Assembly: GCA_032718475.1 (NCBI GenBank)
Contig: JAUCBJ010007289.1
Coordinates: 62,001-126,000, forward strand
Length of the DNA stretch: 64,000 nucleotides
DNA from: Nemertoderma westbladi
Lineage: Eukaryota; Animalia; Xenacoelomorpha
Reading direction: 5' to 3'
This document shows, one piece after another, positions 11,691 through 25,830 of this stretch (within the stretch, counting starts at the first letter, position 1; each line of letters begins with the position of its first letter). The translations under genes were made by a program, and so were the position numbers. The notes beneath the pieces were generated by a model. It searched no databases. It saw only the letters and a list, made by a program, of their open reading frames with translations, and was not told where the DNA came from.

Positions 11691-14600
11691 CATTTACTTA
11701 TTAGAATGGCCGCCTAACCTCTCTCCCCCCATTTACTTATTAGAATGGCCGCCTAACCTCTCTCCCCCCATTTACTTATTAGAATGGCCGCCTAACCTCT
11801 CTCCCCCCATTTACTTATTAGAATGGCCGCCTAACCTCTCTCCCCCCATTTACTTATTAGAATGGCCGCCTAACCTCTCTCCCCCCATTTACTTATTAGA
11901 ATGGCTGCCTAACCTCTCTCCCCCCATTTACTTATTAGAATGGCCGCCTAACCTCTCTCCCACCATTTACTTATTAGAATGGCCGCCTAACCTCTCTCCC
12001 CCCATTTACTTATTAGAATGGCCGCCTAACCTCTCTCCCCCCATTTACTTATTAGAATGGCTGCCTAACCTCTCTCCCCCCATTTACTTATTAGAATGGC
12101 CGCCTAACCTCTCTCCCCCCATTTACTTATTAGAATGGCCGCCTAACCTCTCTCCCCCCATTTACTTATTAGAATGGCTGCCTAACCTCTCTCCCCCCAT
12201 TTACTTATTAGAATGGCCGCCTAACCTCTCTCCCACCATTTACTTATTAGAATGGCCGCCTAACCTCTCTCCCCCCATTTACTTATTAGAATGGCTGCCT
12301 AACCTCTCTCCCCCCATTTACTTATTAGAATGGCCGCCTAACCTCTCTCCCCCTATTTACTTATTAGAATGGCCGCCTAACCTCTCTCCCACCATTTACT
12401 TATTAGAATGGCCGCCTAACCTCTCTCCCCCCATTTACTTATTAGAATGGCCGCCTAACCTCTCTCCCCCCATTTACTTATTAGAATGGCTGCCTAACCT
12501 CTCTCCCCCCATTTACTTATTAGAATGGCCACCTAACCTCTCTCCCCCCATTTACTTATTAGAATGGCCGCCTAACCTCTCTCCCCCCATTTACTTATTA
12601 GAATGGCTGCCTAACCTCTCTCCCCCCATTTACTTATTAGAATGGCCGCCTAACCTCTCTCCCCCCATTTACTTATTAGAATGGCCGCCTAACCTCTCTC
12701 CCCCTATTTACTTATTAGAATGGCCGCCTAACCTCTCTCCCACCATTTACTTATTAGAATGGCCGCCTAACCTCTCTCCCCCTATTTACTTATTAGAATG
12801 GCTGCCTAACCTCTCTCCCCCCATTTACTTATTAGAATGGCCGCCTAACCTCTCTCCCCCTATTTACTTATTAGAATGGCCGCCTAACCTCTCTCCCACC
12901 ATTTACTTATTAGAATGGCCGCCTAACCTCTCTCCCCCTATTTACTTATTAGAATGGCCGCCTAACCTCTCTCCCACTATTTACTTATTAGAATGGCCGC
13001 CTAACCTCTCTCCCACCATTTACTTATTAGAATGGCCGCCTAACCTCTCTCCCACCATTTACTTATTAGAATGGCCGCCTAACCTCTCTCCCACCATTTA
13101 CTTATTAGAATGGCCGCCTAACCTCTCTCCCCCCATTTACTTATTAGAATGGCCGCCTAACCTCTCTCCCCCCATTTACTTATTAGAATGGCCGCCTAAC
13201 CTCTCTCCCACCATTTACTTATTAGAATGGCCGCCTAACCTCTCCCCCCCATTTACTTATTAGAATGGCTACCTAACCTCTCTCCCCCCATTTACTTATT
13301 AGAATGGCCGCCTAACCTCTCTCCCCCCATTTACTTATTAGAATGGCCGCCTAACCTCTCTCCCCCCATTTACTTATTAGAATGGCCACCTAACCTCTCT
13401 CCCCCCATTTACTTATTAGAATGGCCGCCTAACCTCTCTCCCACTTATTAGAATGGCCGCCTAACCTCTCTCCCACCATTTACTTATTAGAATGGCCGCC
13501 TAACCTCTCTCCCACCATTTACTTATTAGAATGGCCACCTAACCTCTCCCCCCCCATTTACTTATTAGAATGGCCGCCTAACCTCTCTCCCACTTATTAG
13601 AATGGCCGCCTAACCTCTCTCCCACCATTTACTTATTAGAATGGCCGCCTAACCTCTCTCCCACCATTTACTTATTAGAATGGCCGCCTAACCTCTCTCC
13701 CACCATTTACTTATTAGAATGGCTACCTAACCTCTCTCCCCCCATTTACTTATTAGAATGGCCGCCTAACCTCTCTCCCACCATTTACTTATTAGAATGG
13801 CCGCCTAACCTCTCTCCCACCATTTACTTATTAGAATGGCCGCCTAACCTCTCCCCCCCCATTTACTTATTAGAATGGCCGCCTAACCTCTCTCCCACTT
13901 ATTAGAATGGCCGCCTAACCTCTCTCCCACCATTTACTTATTAGAATGGCTGCCTAACCTCTCTCCCACCATTTACTTATTAGAATGGCCGCCTAACCTC
14001 TCCCCCCCCATTTACTTATTAGAATGGCCGCCTAACCTCTCTCCCACCATTTACTTATTAGAATGGCCGCCTAACCTCTCTCCCACTTATTAGAATGGCC
14101 GCCTAACCTCTCTCCCACTTATTAGAATGGCCGCCTAACCTCTCTCCCACTTATTAGAATGGCCGCCTAACCTCTCTCCCACTTATTAGAATGGCCGCCT
14201 AACCTCTCTCCCACCATTTACTTATTAGAATGGCCGCCTAACCTCTCTCCCACCATTTACTTATTAGAATGGCCGCCTAACCTCTCTCCCACTTATTAGA
14301 ATGGCCGCCTAACCTCTCTCCCACTTATTAGAATGGCCGCCTAACCTCTCTCCCACCATTTACTTATTAGAATGGCCGCCTAACCTCTCTCCCACCATTT
14401 ACTTATTAGAATGGCCACCTAACCTCTCCCCCCCCATTTACTTATTAGAATGGCCGCCTAACCTCTCTCCCACCATTTACTTATTAGAATGGCCACCTAA
14501 CCTCTCTCCCACCATTTACTTATTAGAATGGCCGCCTAACCTCTCTCCCACCATTTACTTATTAGAATGGCCACCTAACCTCTCCCCCCCCATTTACTTA

Positions 14601-17600
14601 TTAGAATGGCCGCCTAACCTCTCTCCCACTTATTAGAATGGCCGCCTAACCTCTCTCCCACCATTTACTTATTAGAATGGCCGCCTAACCTCTCTCCCAC
14701 CATTTACTTATTAGAATGGCCGCCTAACCTCTCTCCCACCATTTACTTATTAGAATGGCTACCTAACCTCTCTCCCCCCATTTACTTATTAGAATGGCCG
14801 CCTAACCTCTCTCCCACCATTTACTTATTAGAATGGCCGCCTAACCTCTCTCCCACCATTTACTTATTAGAATGGCCACCTAACCTCTCCCCCCCCATTT
14901 ACTTATTAGAATGGCCGCCTAACCTCTCTCCCACTTATTAGAATGGCCGCCTAACCTCTCTCCCACCATTTACTTATTAGAATGGCTGCCTAACCTCTCT
15001 CCCACCATTTACTTATTAGAATGGCCGCCTAACCTCTCCCCCCCCATTTACTTATTAGAATGGCCGCCTAACCTCTCTCCCACCATTTACTTATTAGAAT
15101 GGCCGCCTAACCTCTCTCCCACCATTTACTTATTAGAATGGCCGCCTAACCTCTCTCCCACTTATTAGAATGGCCGCCTAACCTCTCTCCCACCATTTAC
15201 TTATTAGAATGGCCGCCTAACCTCTCTCCCACCACTTACTTATTAGAATGGCCACCTAACCTCTCTCCCACCATTTACTTATTAGAATGGCCACCTAACC
15301 TCTCTCCCCCCATTTACTTATTAGAATGGCCGCCTAACCTCCCCCCCCCATTTACTTATTAGAATGGCCGCCTAACCTCTCTCCCCCCATTTACTTATTA
15401 GAATGGCCGCCTAACCTCTCTCCCCCCATTTACTTATTAGAATGGCCGCCTAACCTCTCTCCCCCCATTTACTTATTAGAATGGCCGCCTAACCTCTCTC
15501 CCACTATTTACTTATTAGAATGGCCGCCTAACCTCTCTCCCACCATTTACTTATTAGAATGGCCGCCTAACCTCTCTCCCACCATTTACTTATTAGAATG
15601 GCCGCCTAACCTCTCTCCCACTTATTAGAATGGCCGCCTAACCTCTCTCCCACCATTTACTTATTAGAATGGCCACCTAACCTCTCTCCCCCCATTTACT
15701 TATTAGAATGGCCACCTAACCTCTCTCCCCCCATTTACTTATTAGAATGGCCGCCTAACCTCTCTCCCCCCATTTACTTATTAGAATGGCCGCCTAACCT
15801 CTCTCCCCCCATTTACTTATTAGAATGGCCGCCTAACCTCTCTCCCCCCATTTACTTATTAGAATGGCCGCCTAACCTCTCTCCCCCCATTTACTTATTA
15901 GAATGGCCACCTAACCTCTCTCCCCCCATTTACTTATTAGAATGGCCACCTAACCTCTCTCCCCCCATTTACTTATTAGAATGGCCGCCTAACCTCTCTC
16001 CCCCCATTTACTTATTAGAATGGCCGCCTAACCTCTCTCCCCCCATTTACTTATTAGAATGGCTACCTAACCTCTCTCCCCCCATTTACTTATTAGAATG
16101 GCCGCCTAACCTCTCTCCCCCCATTTACTTATTAGAATGGCCGCCTAACCTCTCTCCCCCCATTTACTTATTAGAATGGCCGCCTAACCTCTCTCCCCCC
16201 ATTTACTTATTAGAATGGCCGCCTAACCTCTCTCCCCCCATTTACTTATTAGAATGGCCGCCTAACCTCTCTCCCACCATTTACTTATTAGAATGGCCGC
16301 CTAACCTCTCTCCCACCATTTACTTATTAGAATGGCCGCCTAACCTCTCTCCCACCATTTACTTATTAGAATGGCCGCCTAACCTCTCTCCCACCATTTA
16401 CTTATTAGAATGGCCACCTAACCTCTCTCCCACCATTTACTTATTAGAATGGCCGCCTAACCTCTCTCCCACCATTTACTTATTAGAATGGCCGCCTAAC
16501 CTCTCTCCCCCCATTTACTTATTAGAATGGCTACCTAACCTCTCTCCCCCCATTTACTTATTAGAATGGCTGCCTAACCTCTCTCCCCCCATTTACTTAT
16601 TAGAATGGCTACCTAACCTCTCTCCCCCCATTTACTTATTAGAATGGCTACCTAACCTCTCTTCCCCCATTTACTTATTAGAATGGCCGCCTAACCTCTC
16701 CCCCCATTTACTTATTAGAATGGCTGCCTAACCTCTCTCCCACCATTTACTTATTAGAATGGCTGCCTAACCTCTCTCCCACTATTTACTTATTAGAATG
16801 GCCGCCTAACCTCTCTCCCCCCATTTACTTATTAGAATGGCCGCCTAACCTCTCTCCCACCATTTACTTATTAGAATGGCCCCTACCTAACCTCTCTCCC
16901 ACCATTTACTTATTAGAATGGCCGCCTAACCTCTCTCTCCCCATTTACTTATTAGAATGGCCGCCTAACCTCTCTCCCACCATTTACTTATTAGAATGGC
17001 CGCCTAACCTCTCTCCCACCATTTACTTATTAGAATGGCCTACCTAACCTCTCTCCCACCATTTACTTATTAGAATGGCCGCCTAACCTCTCTCCCCCCA
17101 TTTACTTATTAGAATGGCCGCCTAACCTCTCTCCCACCATTTACTTATTAGAATGGCCGCCTAACCTCTCTCCCCCCATTTACTTATTAGAATGGCTGCC
17201 TAACCTCTCTCCCCCCATTTACTTATTAGAATGGCTGCCTAACCTCTCTCCCACCATTTACTTATTAGAATGGCCGCCTAACCTCTCTCCCACCATTTAC
17301 TTATTAGAATGGCCGCCTAACCTCTCTCCCACCATTTACTTATTAGAATGGCCGCCTAACCTCTCTCCCCCCATTTACTTATTAGAATGGCCGCCTAACC
17401 TCTCTCCCACCATTTACTTATTAGAATGGCCGCCTAACCTCTCTCCCACCATTTACTTATTAGAATGGCCGCCTAACCTCTCTCCCACCATTTACTTATT
17501 AGAATGGCCGCCTAACCTCTCTCCCACCATTTACTTATTAGAATGGCCGCCTAACCTCTCTCCCCCCATTTACTTATTAGAATGGCCGCCTAACCTCTCT

Positions 17601-20600
17601 CCCCCCATTTACTTATTAGAATGGCCGCCTAACCTCTCTCCCCCCATTTACTTATTAGAATGGCCGCCTAACCTCTCTCCCACCATTTACTTATTAGAAT
17701 GGCCGCCTAACCTCTCTCCCACCATTTACTTATTAGAATGGCCGCCTAACCTCTCTCCCACCATTTACTTATTAGAATGGCCGCCTAACCTCTCTCCCAC
17801 CATTTACTTATTAGAATGGCCGCCTAACCTCTCTCCCACCATTTACTTATTAGAATGGCCGCCTAACCTCTCTCCCCCCATTTACTTATTAGAATGGCCG
17901 CCTAACCTCTCTCCCCCCATTTACTTATTAGAATGGCCGCCTAACCTCTCTCCCACCATTTACTTATTAGAATGGCCGCCTAACCTCTCTCCCACCATTT
18001 ACTTATTAGAATGGCCGCCTAACCTCTCTCCCACCATTTACTTATTAGAATGGCCGCCTAACCTCTCTCCCACCATTTACTTATTAGAATGGCCGCCTAA
18101 CCTCTCTCCCACCATTTACTTATTAGAATGGCCGCCTAACCTCTCCCCCCCCATTTACTTATTAGAATGGCCGCCTAACCTCTCTCCCACTTATTAGAAT
18201 GGCCGCCTAACCTCTCTCCCACCATTTACTTATTAGAATGGCCGCCTAACCTCTCTCCCACCATTTACTTATTAGAATGGCCGCCTAACCTCTCTCCCCC
18301 CATTTACTTATTAGAATGGCCGCCTAACCTCTCTCCCCCCATTTACTTATTAGAATGGCCGCCTAACCTCTCTCCCACCATTTACTTATTAGAATGGCCG
18401 CCTAACCTCTCTCCCACCATTTACTTATTAGAATGGCCGCCTAACCTCTCTCCCACCATTTACTTATTAGAATGGCCGCCTAACCTCTCTCCCACCATTT
18501 ACTTATTAGAATGGCCGCCTAACCTCTCTCCCACCATTTACTTATTAGAATGGCCGCCTAACCTCTCCCCCCCCATTTACTTATTAGAATGGCCGCCTAA
18601 CCTCTCTCCCACTTATTAGAATGGCCGCCTAACCTCTCTCCCACCATTTACTTATTAGAATGGCCGCCTAACCTCTCTCCCACCATTTACTTATTAGAAT
18701 GGCCACCTAACCTCTCCCCCCCCATTTACTTATTAGAATGGCCGCCTAACCTCTCCCCCCCCATTTACTTATTAGAATGGCCGCCTAACCTCTCTCCCCC
18801 CATTTACTTATTAGAATGGCCGCCTAACCTCTCTCCCACCATTTACTTATTAGAATGGCCGCCTAACCTCTCTCCCCCCATTTACTTATTAGAATGGCCG
18901 CCTAACCTCTCTCCCCCCATTTACTTATTAGAATGGCCGCCTAACCTCTCTCCCCCCATTTACTTATTAGAATGGCCGCCTAACCTCTCTCCCCCCATTT
19001 ACTTATTAGAATGGCCGCCTAACCTCTCTCCCCCCATTTACTTATTAGAATGGCCGCCTAACCTCTCTCCCCCCATTTACTTATTAGAATGGCCGCCTAA
19101 CCTCTCTCCCCCCATTTACTTATTAGAATGGCCGCCTAACCTCTCCCCCCATTTACTTATTAGAATGGCCACCTAACCTCTCTCCCCCCATTTACTTATT
19201 AGAATGGCCGCCTAACCTCTCTCCCACCATTTACTTATTAGAATGGCCGCCTAACCTCTCTCCCCCCATTTACTTATTAGAATGGCCGCCTAACCTCTCT
19301 CCCCCCATTTACTTATTAGAATGGCCGCCTAACCTCTCTCCCCCCATTTACTTATTAGAATGGCCGCCTAACCTCTCCCCCCCCATTTACTTATTAGAAT
19401 GGCCGCCTAACCTCTCTCCCCCCATTTACTTATTAGAATGGCCGCCTAACCTCTCTCCCACCATTTACTTATTAGAATGGCCGCCTAACCTCTCTCCCAC
19501 CATTTACTTATTAGAATGGCCGCCTAACCTCTCTCCCACCATTTACTTATTAGAATGGCCGCCTAACCTCTCTCCCACCATTTACTTATTAGAATGGCCA
19601 CCTAACCTCTCTCCCACCATTTACTTATTAGAATGGCCGCCTAACCTCTCTCCCACCATTTACTTATTAGAATGGCCGCCTAACCTCTCTCCCCCCATTT
19701 ACTTATTAGAATGGCCGCCTAACCTCTCTCCCACCATTTACTTATTAGAATGGCCGCCTAACCTCTCTCCCACCATTTACTTATTAGAATGGCCGCCTAA
19801 CCTCTCTCCCCCCATTTACTTATTAGAATGGCTACCTAACCTCTCTCCCCCCATTTACTTATTAGAATGGCTGCCTAACCTCTCTCCCCCCATTTACTTA
19901 TTAGAATGGCTACCTAACCTCTCTCCCCCCATTTACTTATTAGAATGGCTACCTAACCTCTCTCCCACCATTTACTTATTAGAATGGCCACCTACCTAAC
20001 CTCTCTCCCACCATTTACTTATTAGAATGGCCGCCTAACCTCTCTCCCCCCATTTACTTATTAGAATGGCCGCCTAACCTCTCTCCCACCATTTACTTAT
20101 TAGAATGGCCGCCTAACCTCTCTCCCACCATTTACTTATTAGAATGGCCGCCTAACCTCTCTCCCACCATTTACTTATTAGAATGGCCGCCTAACCTCTC
20201 TCCCACCATTTACTTATTAGAATGGCCACCTACCTAACCTCTCTCCCACCATTTACTTATTAGAATGGCCGCCTAACCTCTCTCCCCCCATTTACTTATT
20301 AGAATGGCCGCCTAACCTCTCTCCCACCATTTACTTATTAGAATGGCCGCCTAACCTCTCTCCCCCCATTTACTTATTAGAATGGCCGCCTAACCTCTCT
20401 CCCCCCATTTACTTATTAGAATGGCCGCCTAACCTCTCTCCCCCCATTTACTTATTAGAATGGCTGCCTAACCTCTCTCCCCCCATTTACTTATTAGAAT
20501 GGCTGCCTAACCTCTCTCCCACCATTTACTTATTAGAATGGCCGCCTAACCTCTCTCCCACCATTTACTTATTAGAATGGCCGCCTAACCTTTCTCCCAC

Positions 20601-21347
20601 CATTTACTTATTAGAATGGCTGCCTAACCTCTCTCCCCCCATTTACTTATTAGAATGGCTACCTAACCTCTCTCCCCCCATTTACTTATTAGAATGGCCG
20701 CCTAACCTCTCTCCCCCCATTTACTTATTAGAATGGCCGCCTAACCTCTCTTCCCCCATTTACTTATTAGAATGGCCGCCTAACCTCTCTCCCACCATTT
20801 ACTTATTAGAATGGCCGCCTAACCTCTCTCCCACCATTTACTTATTAGAATGGCCGCCTAACCTCTCTCCCACCATTTACTTATTAGAATGGCCGCCTAA
20901 CCTCTCTCCCACCATTTACTTATTAGAATGGCCGCCTAACCTCTCTCCCACCATTTACTTATTAGAATGGCCGCCTAACCTCTCTCCCCCCATTTACTTA
21001 TTAGAATGGCCGCCTAACCTCTCTCCCACCATTTACTTATTAGAATGGCCGCCTAACCTCTCTCCCCCCATTTACTTATTAGAATGGCCGCCTAACCTCT
21101 CTCCCCCCATTTACTTATTAGAATGGCCGCCTAACCTCTCTCCCCCCATTTACTTATTAGAATGGCCGCCTAACCTCTCTCCCCCCATTTACTTATTAGA
21201 ATGGCCGCCTAACCTCTCTCCCACCATTTACTTATTAGAATGGCCGCCTAACCTCTCTCCCACCATTTACTTATTAGAATGACCGCCTAACCTCTCCCCC
21301 CCATTTACTTATTAGAATGGCCGCCTAACCTCTCTCCCACCATTTAC
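11691..21347. repeat. 39-bp tandem array (about 248 units)
   Basis: Unit CATTTACTTATTAGAATGGCCGCCTAACCTCTCTCCC(C/A)C, with recurrent 32-bp deletion variants. Confidence 0.98.
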
Positions 21348-21695
21348 GCTCTTCATTTAACCATTCAATTTCACGTTGCTTTTTGACACACTCTTTCAAA
21401 ACTGCAAAAGAGTTATTTAGGTATATAAATCTGACGACCCAAACAATCCCAACAACTATCGTCCAATTTCCCTGGTCCCAATCTTATGCAACATTCTAGA
21501 ACAAATACTGAATGATCAACTACAATCTTATATTACTTAAACAAATAAACATAATTATCCAATCGCAATATGGATTCCGACCTTAAATTTATACCTCCCA
21601 TAAACTTCTCTCTATCAATGAAAAGATTCACTCCATATGTTTGACTCCCTGCATTCTACTTGCGCAGTTTATATAGATCTGAAAAAAAGGATTTT

Positions 21696-22015
21696 AGCAG
21701 CAGCTTGGTCTAGTGGTGACATTACTGTGCTTCCGATTTGGGAGCCCGGGTTCGATCCCTAGATGGGGCAGCACTGTTTGGGCACAGTGCTTTAAATGCT
21801 GCAGCCTAGCCCAACCCCGGCTTTCATCCTTCAGTGGTCGATAAATTGGAACCAAGGCAACTTGGGAAACAGAGTGGAAGGGTTTACTGTGGAAGAAAAA
21901 AATCTTTTTTGAATGGGAGAACCTTTTAGGCTCGTTAAGCCAAGGAATGCCTGTTCACCACAGGCATTCCTTGGCTTAACGAGCCTAAAAGGTTCTCCCA
22001 TTCAAAAAAGATTTT
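21696..22015 (+). mobile_element. tRNA-derived SINE inserted in the LINE RT, ending in a perfect 56-bp hairpin
   Basis: A box TGGTCTAGTGG, B box GGTTCGATCC, central TTCATCCTTCAGTGGTCGATAAAT. Flanked by near-identical AAAAAAG(G)ATTTT; LINE reading resumes at TTTGACACC. Confidence 0.8.
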
Positions 22016-22619
22016 GACACCGTGGACCACAATATTCTACTAAAGAAGTTGAAAGCCTACGGTGTCAGAGTCACCCCATTAAATCGCATGCCCATTATGC
22101 AAAATCTCTAATTCCCATTAAATAAGGTCCTGTCCCAAATTCTCTTTCTCATATTCATCAATGACCTATCGAACGTTACTAAGTTACTCACTCCACTCTT
22201 TGCATACGACACAACTTTATTAAACTCACATTCTGACATCCACTATCTACTGTACCCAACAGCACAAACAATGAACTTTCAAAATTAAATAGCTGGTTAA
22301 CTGATAATAATCTTTTACAAAACATAAAAAAAACTGAATATACCCTATTAATCAGTACCTAAACAACCTGCAGCTCTACACCAATTATCATAATAAATGA
22401 CACTCAAACTAACTTAACCGATAGCACTAAATTAGTGCGGATATGGGGTGCTTCCAAACTAAACTGGAAAACACACATTAATTATATTCTGAAAAAAATA
22501 TCAAAATCTTCTGGAATTTTTTACAAACTGCGTCATGTATTCCCCCTAAATATTCTTAAAACTCTATATTTTTGGAGAACCAATTGTGGAGAGCGAAATG
22601 TTTAATGTCATCTCAACAA

Positions 22620-22745
22620 GGTAAGCAAGCAAATAAAAGCAAAGTAAACAGTCGGCCGAACCCGGCGGCAACCCGAAGGCTCCTCTTTCGATAGCTGCTA
22701 CCAGAAGGTAGGGGTGGGCGCTACTCCTATCCCAAGATAGCAGCC
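22620..22745 (-). mobile_element. Probable SINE/LINE 3' tail fragment
   Basis: AACCCGAAGGCTCCTCTTTCGATAGCTGCTAC...GGGCGCTACTCC next to AAGTAAA-like short repeats; resembles an invertebrate SINE tail recalled from memory. Confidence 0.4.
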
Positions 22746-24699
22746 AACAAGTTCAGCCAACAAGTTCAGCAGCCAACGTATATTGACGATGGTATAAATA
22801 TGGATTACAAAAACTTATTTAAAACTGATAATTGCGCATGCGCGCAATAGATACTAAAATTCAATCCAGATTTGATCCTGTTATCTTGGATGTGTATATT
22901 ATATTACAAATTATTGGGGATGACAATATTTGTTTATTTTTCCGGGCAGTTTGAGGTTGTTTGGTAATGTACAAACAACATCATGAGTTATTACGACTAT
23001 TTAACTTTTGGAAATTAATAGGAAATTTTGGAACATCACAAAATTACCGAATTTTACGATGTAGATTTAATAACGTCTGTATATATTGTGTGCAATAATA
23101 TTCATTACTTTTAAATCAAACTTGCCACATCAGTATAGGGACGTTAGAAGAACAATAATTCCTAAATGTTTCATTATGCAAGGTCAACTCCCATGGGTAA
23201 TGATTTGACGAATTGTTAATCCAAATCATTTTGTCATTTTAATACGTAAATCTATAAAAAGGTACAGTATCTGAAGTGATCTTGGTTTCAGATACTGACA
23301 GATGTTGATAAAGCCCCACGTTACGGGCATAGATGAAACATAATATTTTATTAGTGAATACAATGATAATGATATTGATAATTTTTACCTGTTACCTTAG
23401 AGATAAAGGTGATTATCAATTAGCTAATAGCGATGGTGAGCATAAAACCACCCACATTTAACAATTCAAATTTTTTATAATGGCAGAAAGAATAATAAAA
23501 TATAATAAAATGCAATTTGTTTTAACCTTCCCGCAGCACGTGACCATGTACAGTATGTTATGCATTTAACCTATTTCGTTGTTTCAAACTCATTCAATTT
23601 GTTAATTTTTGCGGATATCTGTCTACATTAGGGGTTGAGTTGTTTTGATTGGGAGTAATTGTCTGTAGTTCGCCAGTCTTCCGCTAGAGGGATAAATATT
23701 AAATGTTAAAACCTTCTCCCATTTAGATTTTTTTATAAAAATTTAGGCTATGTTACTAAGTCTGCCAATTTAATGCCATTACTTATGCTGTAACCCTAAT
23801 TATACTTTATACACAAAGATGAGATAAATTATTATTGTTATCATTACTATTAATTTCGTGCATATGAGGAAAAGACACATCACAGAATAAGTAAGTACAG
23901 TACTACCTACACAAGGCCTAAATTAAGTTCGATTGATCTTAATTATACGATTTTATAATGTAAACAGTTGTAATTATAAATATCAAAATGAAAATGAACT
24001 ATTGTATTTAACTCAGTTATAGAAAACCTTGGTGCTGGAATCTCCAAATAATTGACAATCTATAATGTTTCTCTGCAAATGATCCTATATTGTATTGCTC
24101 GGGAATCCGTATTACTATTTACATTACATGGTCACTTTCATTCAAGGTGAATATTAAATTAGCACCACAACCGGCCTTCCTCCGACCTGCCTTATAAATA
24201 CAAGAAATTAAAAATTGTAATGAATAAATATAAAACCAATATATTTCAATTTTTCATTAATAATATCCCAAATATAAACAAACACCTACATTTGTTAGAC
24301 TAAAAGGCAAGTACCATAAAAATTAATTGCATTGCTACATTGTATTTCCGACAACAGAATTTGGAAGGGATAATTAACTTCTTGTATAACTACTCAGTTT
24401 ACCCCATATTTAAGATGTAATAGCCTAATTGCAATACCGCTAAATGAATAATTCTAAACCCATATATTTTTGAAACCAGCAATTATTGCTCTATTAGAGT
24501 GCAAAATCGCGAATGTTGAAATATATGTATTTATTTCACGCAGTTTTTGAATAAGAAAAAAATATTAAGATTACAAAATTGGAAGTGGATTTGAATAAAA
24601 TGGTTATATTCTGAACAGAATGAGCCCAAAATCTGCTCCATACGATCAAATCTCGCTAAGTTATGGTAAAAATAAGCTGCTGCCTACTTAAAAAAATTT

Positions 24700-25830
24700 A
24701 CTCTAGAACCCCCATCGTTCTGAGATTCATGCCCTTGGTACCGGATTAAGGACCCATATACTCGGATGCAGGGGTATATGGCCTGACCAGGCAGATGTTA
24801 ATCTACCATTGGCTGGTTAGGGGTAGGTGCTCTAATCTCCAATTTTAGAGCACTCAATTACGACCTGCACCTGGCAGCAGGTGTTATATCCCGACCGGCT
24901 GCCTGTCTTACCCCCAACTGGAGATAGAGCGGCCCACAATTATTCTGTGAGTCCTGTTCCTGATTACCTTTCTGGCTGGGCCATGGGTCGCCAGGCAGGC
25001 CAGATAGCTTTGGGGTGAGGGATTCTGGAATTGGAGGCTACTCTCATGTTCCACCCCGACCAACCAAGCTTTTCGTGAACCTGAGGCAAGTCACTAGACT
25101 AGCCTCAGTTAATACCCTAACACTTGGGTCCCCAAAGCTTTGCCTTAGCGCAGTGTTCAAGGGTGTTCAGGTGTTCAAGAGCACCGAATGCACGTCTGAA
25201 ACACTGATGAGGTTCTGAGTAAGGACATGGGGGGGGGGGGGGGGGGGGGGTTGGCAACTCGCACTCGCATCAGAAGATGATAGTGACAATGTTGGAATTT
25301 GTATATTGATGAATAATACAACTGTACATGCAGCATTGGACCAAATAGACCAAATCTCCAACCGCAACATCCATCGCCACTGCTCATGTTCTGGAAGACA
25401 AGCTAAGAAATTTCCTAAGGTGGTTCTAATTGTGTGCTATTCCCCAACTAGAAGTAGTGTTGCCCCACTTGAGGAGGTGGATAATTTATACCACAAACTA
25501 CAAGCAGCTACTGATGGAGTGGATCAGCATGCATTCTTAACATTCCTGGGAGACTTTAATGCAAGTCTCCATCGCTCCTCAACAGCACAAATGGGTCTAC
25601 AATGTTTATTCCATCGACAGGACTGGGATTCAGTTCAAGAAAATAACTGGAAAGCTGTGGACACATACTGGACCAAGTAGTTATTACAAGTCCAAGATAG
25701 AAAATATTCTGTTTCGTAAGATATATAGGAGCTCTGTACTGACTGTTGACTGTACAGGATGTACTCTTCGCATCTTCACCAGTGTTCATCGTATTATTGT
25801 GGCTAAGGTAAGACTTAGTTGCCGCGCTTT
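24700..25830 (+). mobile_element. RTE LINE 5' region and APE endonuclease remnant
   Basis: GC-rich leader, then ISNR...VLIVCYSPT...VDNLYHKL...FLGDFNA and a degenerate SDH motif (TSVHRIIVAKVRL). Confidence 0.7.

Larger units (their letters stand above)
11050..22575 (+). mobile_element. Decayed CR1/L2-group (Crack/Daphne-like) LINE ORF2, interrupted by a satellite and a SINE
   Basis: KEIAETFNKHFATV before the array. After it: NNYRPISL, QYGFRP, IDLKK|FDTVDHNILLKKL, IFINDL, LFAYDT, LNWKTHINYILKKISKSSGIFYKLRH. Confidence 0.85.

Noticed and set aside
11691-21347. CRISPR-like regular array (also 49870-52700 and 58828-64000)
   Set aside because: Head-to-tail units with no unique spacers, no cas genes, eukaryotic context.
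24925-25030. HDV-like ribozyme in the RTE leader (GGCCCA...TGGGCC)
   Set aside because: Only a candidate P1; P3/L3, P1.1 and the catalytic J4/2 could not be fitted.
25204-25230. Hammerhead core CTGATGA (also near 7424 and 32778)
   Set aside because: No stem II followed by GAAA and no closing stems.
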